Source: an uncultured Gammaproteobacteria bacterium
GTDB lineage: Bacteria; Patescibacteriota; Microgenomatia; Levybacterales; GWA1-39-11
DNA length: 64,000 nucleotides
Reading direction: 5' to 3'
NCBI GenBank assembly: GCA_964627245.1
Contig: CAZVGS010000002.1
Span: 90,923 to 154,922 of the forward strand
In this document: positions 17,726 to 25,704 of the stretch, piece after piece
Layout of the letters: each line of letters opens with the position of its first letter
Numbering within the stretch: the first letter of the stretch is position 1
Notes under the pieces: generated by a model
Told to the model about the DNA's origin: nothing
Database searches by the model: none
The model's input: the letters and a program-made list of their open reading frames with translations, nothing else
Position numbers and translations under genes: made by a program

Positions 17726-19057
17726 TCACGCCAATTTGTAGCCGGTACCTTTTAAGGTCTGGATGTAATGGGGATTTGCAGGATCTATTTCCACCTTTTT
17801 TCTTAGCCTGTAAAATATCTGATCCAATGCTTGGTCGGTGACCCCCTCCTGGGATTTTTGCTCACTCCATGTGGCAGATATGAGTTCGTCTTTTGTGCAG
17901 ATCTTCCCCCTATTGAGGATTAAGTACTTTAATAGTCTGAATTCCAGCGGAGAAAGTCTGTTTGAGACCTGAATATCTCCTATATATATTTCATTTTTTG
18001 CTTCATCGTAAGAGAGTGATTCGGTGCTTTTGACAGGAATATTATTGATGAATGATTCGAAAAGGGGTATGGTAATCCCATTCTCATTGTATAGAAAGGT
18101 ATTTACTAAATAAGGAAATTCTTCCTTTGTTTTTTCAAAGGAAACGTTTTCTTTTAGTGCAAGCTGTTCTGCAGGAAGAAGCGCATGCCAAATCTCATCA
18201 AGGGCTTTTTGTATGGTGGATCTTTTTTTAAGGAATTCTTCGATATTCTCAACAGGCTCATTTTCAGTTGTAACTGCCTCGAAAGATAATTTTGAAAGTC
18301 TTGAATGTCCACCTGTCATCTCCAATATCTTTCTTTTTTGCTCTGGATCAAGCTTTTTTCTAGCGGCTTTTTCGATATATGAGGCTCGAAAATCAAGCCA
18401 TACATCATCACTGAAAGACACATAGACAACATTTTCTGCTATAAGATCATGAAAATCAGTGAGTAGTGAGGAGTCTAAGAGTTCTTCAAGAGGTCTTACT
18501 AGTGAAAATATACACCCAAATCTATATTTTGCACGGTTTCTTAGTGAGTTGAGATTATTGAAAAATTGAGGGGTAATGCTTGGTATTATGCATTCAAATT
18601 TGTCAAAAAGTAAATTTATGGTTAACTTTTTTTCAATGGATAGGTAGTCGATGCTTTTTTTCAGGCTTTGAAAGAGCATAAGCTCATCTCCACCGGATAG
18701 CCCTTCTTTCAAAAAGTCGTTAATTTTTTGAGAGTCTTTCATCATCCGTCTTTCGCCAAGCGAAAAAGAGAGGGAAATTAGGATAAATTTTAATATTTCA
18801 AAAAGAGACTTGTCATTTACTTCGGAGCAATCCAGGTAGACAAAGTGCAGTAATTTTTCGTAGTCGCCATAATTGTTGTATCTCGCATCTCTATTATAGG
18901 AAAGAAGGCGAAGAACATTGCTTTTTCCGCACCCCGGGATACCTACGAGTTGAGTTGAAAGGCCTTTTTCAAGGTACGGAATTATCAATTTGAACTCGCG
19001 TTCACGTGTTTTTGGAGGGTAGAGCGAATCAAAATATTTTAACGGCTGTAAATCCAT
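17726..19057 (-). CDS. P-loop NTPase fused to a C-terminal OmpR/PhoB-type winged-helix DNA-binding domain (putative regulator of the T4SS-like locus)
   Basis: 443 aa; Walker A GIPGCGKSN near the N-terminus; C-terminal 80 aa (LSPLEFRLLKYLILNRGKICTKDELISATWSE...YRLRKKVEIDPANPHYIQTLKGTGYKLA) fits the trans_reg_C pattern. Confidence 0.6.
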   Translation of the reverse strand: MDLQPLKYFDSLYPPKTREREFKLIIPYLEKGLSTQLVGIPGCGKSNVLRLLSYNRDARYNNYGDYEKLLHFVYLDCSEVNDKSLFEILKFILISLSFSLGERRMMKDSQKINDFLKEGLSGGDELMLFQSLKKSIDYLSIEKKLTINLLFDKFECIIPSITPQFFNNLNSLRNRAKYRFGCIFSLVRPLEELLDSSLLTDFHDLIAENVVYVSFSDDVWLDFRASYIEKAARKKLDPEQKRKILEMTGGHSRLSKLSFEAVTTENEPVENIEEFLKKRSTIQKALDEIWHALLPAEQLALKENVSFEKTKEEFPYLVNTFLYNENGITIPLFESFINNIPVKSTESLSYDEAKNEIYIGDIQVSNRLSPLEFRLLKYLILNRGKICTKDELISATWSEQKSQEGVTDQALDQIFYRLRKKVEIDPANPHYIQTLKGTGYKLA

Positions 19058-19097
19058 AATCTAATGATACAACGAAAATAAGCTTGTTGTCAGGTCC

Positions 19098-22013
19098 TTG
19101 AGAGGAACATATCAAGTTGACGAAGTACACTTCCCATACAATGAGCGCATGGAAAACGAATTGACACATTACCAAGCCTTGGCCAATAATGTAGTTAGGA
19201 CTACTACGGGTTTTGATAGAAATCCGCGGTCAAAACTTATGGAAGAAAACGGCGAAATCAATAGTCTCGAGAAAGAAGTTGTTAGTGAGGAAGAGCTTAA
19301 GAAAAGAGCAGTGCGTCAGCTGTCCGAAAGACAAAGAAAAGTAGAAGAAGCGTGGCAGAAAGTATTAAAAGAAAAGCAGGCTAGAGGAGAAAAAGTAACG
19401 CAAGAGGACGTGGAGATAGCAAGAAGGGCTAGTGAAAAAGGTGAAATGCCTGTAAATGTCGGCGGCGCAAGCGACGGATTTGAGGGTTTTAATGCAGAGA
19501 AATATAAACAGACCAAGTTCGGTCAATTCGCGCAAGAGTTAAAAGTAGCAGGGGAAAAAGGGGAGGTTACTAATGAGTTATTGCAGGATATAGGAAATAG
19601 GGCAAGGGCAGCTGTTGTAAGTGGGCAGGATCAATTTGTTTACGACCAATTTGCTGGAGAAATAAATGAGATAGTCACAAGATTGGCAGCTCAAGAGCAA
19701 AGTAATCAAGAACGAGCCGGTCAAGAGCAGAGTAGTCAGGGGGATGTTAAGACAAGAACGATTGAAGAATTGCTGCAAAGCAGGGTTAATGCTTCTCTTG
19801 AAAAGAAAGAAGGAAGAAGCAGTAATCCTCGTTCGATTCAAGAAGTTGCGTTAAGTATTATAAATGACGAGGGACCTGATAGGTGGGGTCCAAACGGCAC
19901 TTATCCTCTCGTAGAGTTGATCTACGATGAAAATGGAGAGCCAAAATACAAAACTAATTATAAAGGTGAAAAAACACTAGATCCTCAAGTAAAGCTTAAT
20001 GAAAAAAATTTTGTGAGATGGTTTCGGGAGCGTATGATGTATCACCACGCAAGTAATTCAAGAGATGAAAGCTTGCAGCTCGGAAACCTTGTGGGTATAA
20101 CCAGTGAATTTGGAAGTACGATAAACATTTTTTCAATGGATAAAGATCGTGCTCAGTATTTCCTTGACGAATCAACCGGGACTGTTATGGATAAACTAGC
20201 CAATCAATTAAAAATGGAGTTATGGCTTTTTGGGAACATGAGAAATTACGACCTTTTGTACCAAAAATATATGGGGAGCGACTCCGACCTTCCAAAATTC
20301 TTGTCCCAGCTTCATGAGAAAGAGGAAATCACCCAGCCTCAGAGTCTTGAGACTATCATGACATTGCCTAAAGAATTTGGTGAAGATGGTGACACGTCAG
20401 TCGGAGACGGCATAAGGAAGGCATACGAAATATACTATTATGCGTCTGACTATAACATGCTCAAAAAAGTTTTGGGAGAAAATTCCATATTTTTCAAAAG
20501 AGAAGGATTTGAGAATGCATTAAGAATTATTGAAGGGTTGAATCCAACCGATGCCATACCTCAGTCATCACAAAAAATAATAGACTCGGTATTTGACGGA
20601 AAGAATGTTAATCCAGAAAAATTTATAAAACTCATGAATCCATTCAATGAAAAGAACAAGCCTGAGTTTGCGAAAAAGCTTATCCGCGAAATGGTAAGGC
20701 AGGTTATTTCCAGAAAGTATGACTTAGAATATGGCTTGACGGAAATGAGGGTTGTGAATGGGGTATTTAATAGTGAGGATGTTAAGGAGAGAGATCTGGT
20801 CAGAAAGGATTTAGAATACGCTGAAGCTTTTGCTTGGGTTTTAACTCATTGGACTGGGGCAGCAGCAAGAAATGACACAGGCGCAATCGGTTTTGACGCC
20901 TTCACAAAGACTATGAAATTAAGAGAATACAGAAAAGGCCAGTCCGGGTTAAATAGGGCGGGGTCTTTTGGGAATGAATATGATCTTGGAGTATTTAAGG
21001 GCTTAGCGGTCGATTTTTTTAACGGAATAACTGTTGAGAAAAAGCTTGAGGATAAAGGTAACAATTACACTCCCTTTGAGATCTTTAGGATAATGAGTGA
21101 TATAGAGGACTCATCTCTTCCCGAGGACGAGAAAAAAAGGCAAAAGACCCAGTGGGCGAAGAGGCTTAACTTTGAGCAATACATACAAAGATCATATTCC
21201 GGGGATCACATCAACCGTGCTTTTGAAATATTCCACGCCACGCTTGGGGCCGAGGAGATGAGGCTTGAGGAGATAGTCAAGTGGGACCCTTTTAGGGGAA
21301 TAATATTGGATAGGGGTAAATTTGAAGAGCAGGTTAAGGAGAAATTTCTAAAGCCCATAAGATATGCATTCAGAACATACGCCCAGCTTGATATGGGCAA
21401 GATGCAGAGACTTCAAGTCGGTGGCTTTGGTTCCAATGACCTCCCAATTTATAAGGATGTAACCACGGCAGAAACCATATTTGGACCTGAGGTGTTAAAA
21501 GATATAAGGCCAATGGCACAACAAAGATATGAAGGTTGGAATAGTGAGGATAAAGGTAAATTCGATGAAAGGCTAAAGCAACGTGGAGTAGATTTTAACT
21601 CGCTTTCTGCGGATGAGAAAAAACAGCAAATATGGCAGGACTATTTATCATCTCAAGACGGTAAAGATATTCTTTGGAAAAGGGCGGCCATGGCAAAGAT
21701 TGCGGCCCACATAAAATCTCACAGAGAATTTGGTAACGGGTATACACAATTTACAGCGGGTATGGTAGAAACGTTTTACCAGGCTCTCGAATCAATAAAG
21801 GCAATGGATATTAATGAAGGAGAGGATGATACAGAGCTTTCCTACGCCCAAAGCTTTCTGTCCAAGGAGGATATTGAATGGATAAGAAAAAGAAGCGGAA
21901 CAACTCACAAGAGGCTATTTATGGTTGACTTCTTAGGCAAGGGAGTCGGAACGGGGGTTGCAAAAGGCATGTGGGAAGGAGCAGGGGTTATTATCAAAGA
22001 TATATTCAAGTAG
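19098..22013 (+). CDS. large hypothetical soluble protein (971 aa) of the T4SS-like block
   Basis: long ORF beginning with TTG at 19098 (first ATG at 19149, MENELTHYQ...); acidic, no TM, no recognisable catalytic motif (no clear relaxase HUH triad or P-loop). Confidence 0.45.
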   Translation: MRGTYQVDEVHFPYNERMENELTHYQALANNVVRTTTGFDRNPRSKLMEENGEINSLEKEVVSEEELKKRAVRQLSERQRKVEEAWQKVLKEKQARGEKVTQEDVEIARRASEKGEMPVNVGGASDGFEGFNAEKYKQTKFGQFAQELKVAGEKGEVTNELLQDIGNRARAAVVSGQDQFVYDQFAGEINEIVTRLAAQEQSNQERAGQEQSSQGDVKTRTIEELLQSRVNASLEKKEGRSSNPRSIQEVALSIINDEGPDRWGPNGTYPLVELIYDENGEPKYKTNYKGEKTLDPQVKLNEKNFVRWFRERMMYHHASNSRDESLQLGNLVGITSEFGSTINIFSMDKDRAQYFLDESTGTVMDKLANQLKMELWLFGNMRNYDLLYQKYMGSDSDLPKFLSQLHEKEEITQPQSLETIMTLPKEFGEDGDTSVGDGIRKAYEIYYYASDYNMLKKVLGENSIFFKREGFENALRIIEGLNPTDAIPQSSQKIIDSVFDGKNVNPEKFIKLMNPFNEKNKPEFAKKLIREMVRQVISRKYDLEYGLTEMRVVNGVFNSEDVKERDLVRKDLEYAEAFAWVLTHWTGAAARNDTGAIGFDAFTKTMKLREYRKGQSGLNRAGSFGNEYDLGVFKGLAVDFFNGITVEKKLEDKGNNYTPFEIFRIMSDIEDSSLPEDEKKRQKTQWAKRLNFEQYIQRSYSGDHINRAFEIFHATLGAEEMRLEEIVKWDPFRGIILDRGKFEEQVKEKFLKPIRYAFRTYAQLDMGKMQRLQVGGFGSNDLPIYKDVTTAETIFGPEVLKDIRPMAQQRYEGWNSEDKGKFDERLKQRGVDFNSLSADEKKQQIWQDYLSSQDGKDILWKRAAMAKIAAHIKSHREFGNGYTQFTAGMVETFYQALESIKAMDINEGEDDTELSYAQSFLSKEDIEWIRKRSGTTHKRLFMVDFLGKGVGTGVAKGMWEGAGVIIKDIFK

Positions 22014-22014
22014 G

Positions 22015-24264
22015 CTAAGCAGATCCTTCCGGCTTTTCGGGCTCATCAGGTGCTGTGTCCGGTTGGGGTGCTTCCGGAGCCGGGCTATCTGCTGCTGGGT
22101 GCTCGGGTTCTGTCTCACCGCTTCTTCCTATTTCGCTTCCGTCAGCTTCTCCGCCTGCCATACGCGCTCTAGATCTTTCCATGACTTCGCGTTTTGTTTT
22201 TTCAGCAAGTGTTTCTCCCTCAATAGATGGAGAGGTGGCTCCCGAAGTGCCTCCGGGCCTTGTAGCACTAGCAATTGTAGATTTTTTCTTGCCACCAAAA
22301 ATTGAAGGTAGCCAGCCAACTTTATGCTCTGACTTCTCCTTTTCACTCATTCCCCTCATGCTTAATCCTTCATTTGTATGCGTTTGTTTAATTCCTCCGC
22401 CCGTAAGGGCTCTGCCAATCCCTGCAAATTTTCTCTGAGCCCATAGGGAGCCTTCCTTTGGAGCGCCAAGTGCGTCTTTACCGAATAATTCGTGTTTTAT
22501 CCCAGATATTGGCTTGCCCAAGGCTCCTTGCCCAGTACCAAGAGCACGTCCTATGGAGCTTGCAAATTTGAAGTCTTGAGCCTTTAGAGTCTCTTTTACT
22601 ATATTTGCAACCTCAGGTGTCAGAAGCAATATTCCCATGCCTAAAATTGCCGCAAACCCGGCCATGCTATTGCTGAAGTCACCGACAAGAGGTGGTATAA
22701 AAACATTTCCGTTGCTTTGTCCGACACTGTCAATTAAGACCTTACCTAAAAGAAGCATCATATAAGTTGCGGGAAAGACTGCTAAATTTGCAACTACGCT
22801 TCGAAACCAAGACCCGACCCCCATCTGTACCCCCGGGAGTATGCCAAATGCTATAAAGAAAGGAGCAAAAATTAGAAAAAGGAAAAGGTAAATATAGGCT
22901 TTTATCAGCTGAAACCATAACCGGAACATTGCAGTAAAAATAGCAATAAGTATGATAAAAAAGGCAATAAGGTTTGGTAAGAGTTCTCTTAATAAAGTTT
23001 CTGTAAGTGCAGCAACTGCTCCTCCAGCTATTGTTCCAGCTGGCCAGCCCATTAAAAAGCCAGGTATTACTTGAAATCCTCCCCCTCCCCCTATTCCCAG
23101 GAAAGATCCTTGTATTGAAAACCCCCCACCAGGAGTATTTGATACTAGAGTTCCAACTTGTATTCCAGCAACAAAACCTGCTCCTATACTCGCTGCATGT
23201 ATTAAATAATTCACAAAACTCTGATTTGCAAAACTTCCCACAGTACCTTTCGCTATATTGCCTAGACCTCCAATCAGCCCTCCTATGAGCGGGATCTTAC
23301 TTAGCAATGAACCAAGTTCACTTAGACCGGGGATATGTTTTATTATACTGCCAAATATATCACCAATACCTTTAATTTCGGGTAGGCCAGGAATACTTGG
23401 GCCGCCTCCGGGGCCAAGACCTATAGCATCTTTAATAGAACCGACAACGGTTCCTGTTACGTGAGTTGCTATTCCGGCAATCCCTCCGGCATTAGTGCCG
23501 CCTGCCAATTGATTGGCTGCCGTAAAAGGATTTGCTCCCTGAATATCCGATGGTTTGAGCCCGCCGACATCGGCCCCGGGAATACTTGCCATAATTCCGT
23601 AAATAAAATAAGTGCTAATTCTCATAAGATCAATCATAAATCCGACAATTGCGTAGGAAAGAGTAATAAAGACAAGGCCGATTATTATCTTTGGAATTGC
23701 ATTTTGAATTGTCATAACACTTCTAGGGTCAATTTTTACACGAAACATTATTCCAACTCCGATAACGACAAATATAAGAACAAAAAATAAATACATTATA
23801 TTTCTAAAAGCTTCCCAGATAGGTAAAAATGGAGTAAGTCCGCGGAACCCATCCCCGGTCCCGAATTGCGCATTGGCAGTCTTTGTGAGGCCAAAATTTG
23901 AGGCAACGTGCGCAATGTATTGACTTCCTGATGCAGGAAAATCATAAGTAGCTGCAATTCCCCTGTTCATAAATCCCAAAGCGCCTCCGCTTTCAACAAA
24001 CCCGATTTTCCCATCATTCCCGCTTGCTCCCAGGCATTTTCCTTCAGGGTTAATGGGGTTAATTCCCGAAAGCTGGCAGGAGATGGCAGACATCAGCTCA
24101 ATAAATACAACCTGTGAATAGGTACTTAAATTTTGCGGTACATTTTGCTCAATATTTAAGGGGAGGGATTGATTTGGGGGGGGAGTTAAATTTTGGGCAA
24201 AGGATGAGTTAGTAGAAAGTGCTAGGAAAAATACAGCAAAGATAACACCAAATATTTTTTTCAT
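22015..24264 (-). CDS. VirB6/TrbL-like polytopic membrane protein with disordered Pro/Glu-rich C-terminus
   Basis: 749 aa; signal peptide, then at least six hydrophobic helices separated by Gly-rich loops, hydrophilic C-terminal tail; position next to other T4SS genes; family assignment by topology only. Confidence 0.45.
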   Translation of the reverse strand: MKKIFGVIFAVFFLALSTNSSFAQNLTPPPNQSLPLNIEQNVPQNLSTYSQVVFIELMSAISCQLSGINPINPEGKCLGASGNDGKIGFVESGGALGFMNRGIAATYDFPASGSQYIAHVASNFGLTKTANAQFGTGDGFRGLTPFLPIWEAFRNIMYLFFVLIFVVIGVGIMFRVKIDPRSVMTIQNAIPKIIIGLVFITLSYAIVGFMIDLMRISTYFIYGIMASIPGADVGGLKPSDIQGANPFTAANQLAGGTNAGGIAGIATHVTGTVVGSIKDAIGLGPGGGPSIPGLPEIKGIGDIFGSIIKHIPGLSELGSLLSKIPLIGGLIGGLGNIAKGTVGSFANQSFVNYLIHAASIGAGFVAGIQVGTLVSNTPGGGFSIQGSFLGIGGGGGFQVIPGFLMGWPAGTIAGGAVAALTETLLRELLPNLIAFFIILIAIFTAMFRLWFQLIKAYIYLFLFLIFAPFFIAFGILPGVQMGVGSWFRSVVANLAVFPATYMMLLLGKVLIDSVGQSNGNVFIPPLVGDFSNSMAGFAAILGMGILLLTPEVANIVKETLKAQDFKFASSIGRALGTGQGALGKPISGIKHELFGKDALGAPKEGSLWAQRKFAGIGRALTGGGIKQTHTNEGLSMRGMSEKEKSEHKVGWLPSIFGGKKKSTIASATRPGGTSGATSPSIEGETLAEKTKREVMERSRARMAGGEADGSEIGRSGETEPEHPAADSPAPEAPQPDTAPDEPEKPEGSA

Positions 24265-24348
24265 GGCAGTGCTTTTAGTATTGCTAAATTAGCGTGAAAA
24301 ATCAACTGCACCAAAGTTGTAAAAGATAGAATTTGAAGCAGAATATAT

Positions 24349-24990
24349 TTGACATGGGAAAGTCTGGGGAGTAGTATACAAAGACCAATGAAAAGGGCGG
24401 TTTTTCTCCTCATTTTTATGTTTTTGGCGCTTTTGGTATTTCCAAGATCAGATTCTTTCGCGCAGGAAAACGTAGTCGAAACAGAGACTCCCATCGGAGA
24501 AAGTGAAACGGCAACGGAAAGTGCCCCAACCGTTACAAAAGTAAATTACGAGCTGCCGTATCCCGGAATGCTTCCCGACAACCCATTCTATTTTTTGAAA
24601 GTTATAAGGGATGGGATTGTTAAGATGTTAATAAACGATGATCTTAAAAGAGCGCGCTTTAGTCTTGAAAGCGGGGAGAAGAGAATGTATGCAGGAAAAC
24701 TTTTGGTAGAGAAAAATAAAGACGAACTGGCTGTTGAGACTATCTCAAAAAGCAATAATTATCTAGACGATGCGCTAAAGGCGATAGTAATATACATGAA
24801 AGCGCATCCCAAAAATACGGACGCAAAACAATTTCTCCACCAATTTGATTCTGCGGTCAGGAAGCATATGGAAATAGCAGGCGAGATAAAAGACAAAGTA
24901 GATAAAAATTACCAAAACCTTTTTGCAAAAGAGCAAGAAAGAATGAAAAAAATAGAACAAAGTGTAAAAGGCTTGCTCCTCAGCAGTTAG
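24349..24990 (+). CDS. secreted DUF5667-like protein
   Basis: 213 aa (probable start MKRAVFLL at 24388); signal peptide; PGMLPDNPFYFLKVIRDGI resembles the DUF5667 N-terminal motif; coiled-coil. Confidence 0.4.
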   Translation: MTWESLGSSIQRPMKRAVFLLIFMFLALLVFPRSDSFAQENVVETETPIGESETATESAPTVTKVNYELPYPGMLPDNPFYFLKVIRDGIVKMLINDDLKRARFSLESGEKRMYAGKLLVEKNKDELAVETISKSNNYLDDALKAIVIYMKAHPKNTDAKQFLHQFDSAVRKHMEIAGEIKDKVDKNYQNLFAKEQERMKKIEQSVKGLLLSS

Positions 24991-25115
24991 ATTATCCTGC
25001 CGTTTTGGACATTTTTATTGTACGTAAAATTAACACTTTTCATGGAATTTTCCGTGAAAACAAAAATGAGGCTAAAAAGTAAGATGGTACAATTTGATCT
25101 AGTTATTAATAGTTG

Positions 25116-25165
25116 ACACTATAAATCTAGTGGTTTACAGTAGTTGTTGACACTAAATATTGTGT
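25116..25165 (+). promoter_or_regulatory. two NrdR-box-like palindromes overlapping consensus -35 hexamers upstream of nrdR-nrdJ
   Basis: acactataaatctagtg (25116-25132) and ACACTAAATATTGTGT (25150-25165) fit the NrdR box pattern acaCwAtATaTwGtgt; each preceded by gTTGACA (25113-25118, 25147-25152); spacing about 34 bp. Confidence 0.55.
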
Positions 25166-25247
25166 CAGTTCTTTTCACGGAATTACACTTTCTCTCTTAA
25201 AGATTAAGAACGAAAGTAGTAGTACATTTACAATACGCTAGAAATTT

Positions 25248-25697
25248 ATGCATTGTCCATATTGTCATTCAAACAACACGGAGGTATCAGAAACAAGAGT
25301 AGGTGAGGACGGAAGCAACATAAGACGCCGACGTCTTTGCTCTGACTGCAAAAAGAGGTTCACGACCTATGAGAGGATCGAGAACATAATGCTTTTAGTT
25401 AAGAAAAAAGATAACAGGTCTGAAAGATTTTCGAGGGACAAGCTGCGGGGAGGGATACTCAAGTCGGTCGAAAAAACGACGGTAACAATTGACCAGGTAA
25501 ATAATATAGTTGATGAGGTTGAGCGGGAAATTTTAGGACGTGATAGTGTTGAAGTTGAGAGTAAGACCATCGGCAGACTGGTTGCAACAAGGCTTAAGAA
25601 ATTGGACAAAATTGCATATATAAGATTTGCCAGCGTATTTCAACATTTTGTTGATATAGAAGATTTTGAAAGAGAAGTGAAAAAGTTATTAAAATAG
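25248..25697 (+). CDS. nrdR: transcriptional repressor NrdR
   Basis: 149 aa; N-terminal zinc ribbon CPYC...CSDC followed by ATP-cone; directly upstream of nrdJ. Confidence 0.9.
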   Translation: MHCPYCHSNNTEVSETRVGEDGSNIRRRRLCSDCKKRFTTYERIENIMLLVKKKDNRSERFSRDKLRGGILKSVEKTTVTIDQVNNIVDEVEREILGRDSVEVESKTIGRLVATRLKKLDKIAYIRFASVFQHFVDIEDFEREVKKLLK

Positions 25698-25704
25698 ACA
25701 AAGC

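Noticed and set aside
22055-23790. Plus-strand ORFs inside the VirB6-like gene (22055..22438, 23007..23288, 23258..23464, 23461..23790)
   Set aside because: They are antisense to a long continuous membrane-protein ORF; no independent support.
7438-24264. Integrative conjugative element or prophage interpretation of the T4SS block
   Set aside because: No integrase, relaxase, excisionase, flanking direct repeats or phage structural genes were recognisable. The block sits beside dnaA-dnaN and looks chromosomal. This interpretation is kept only as an alternative in the findings.
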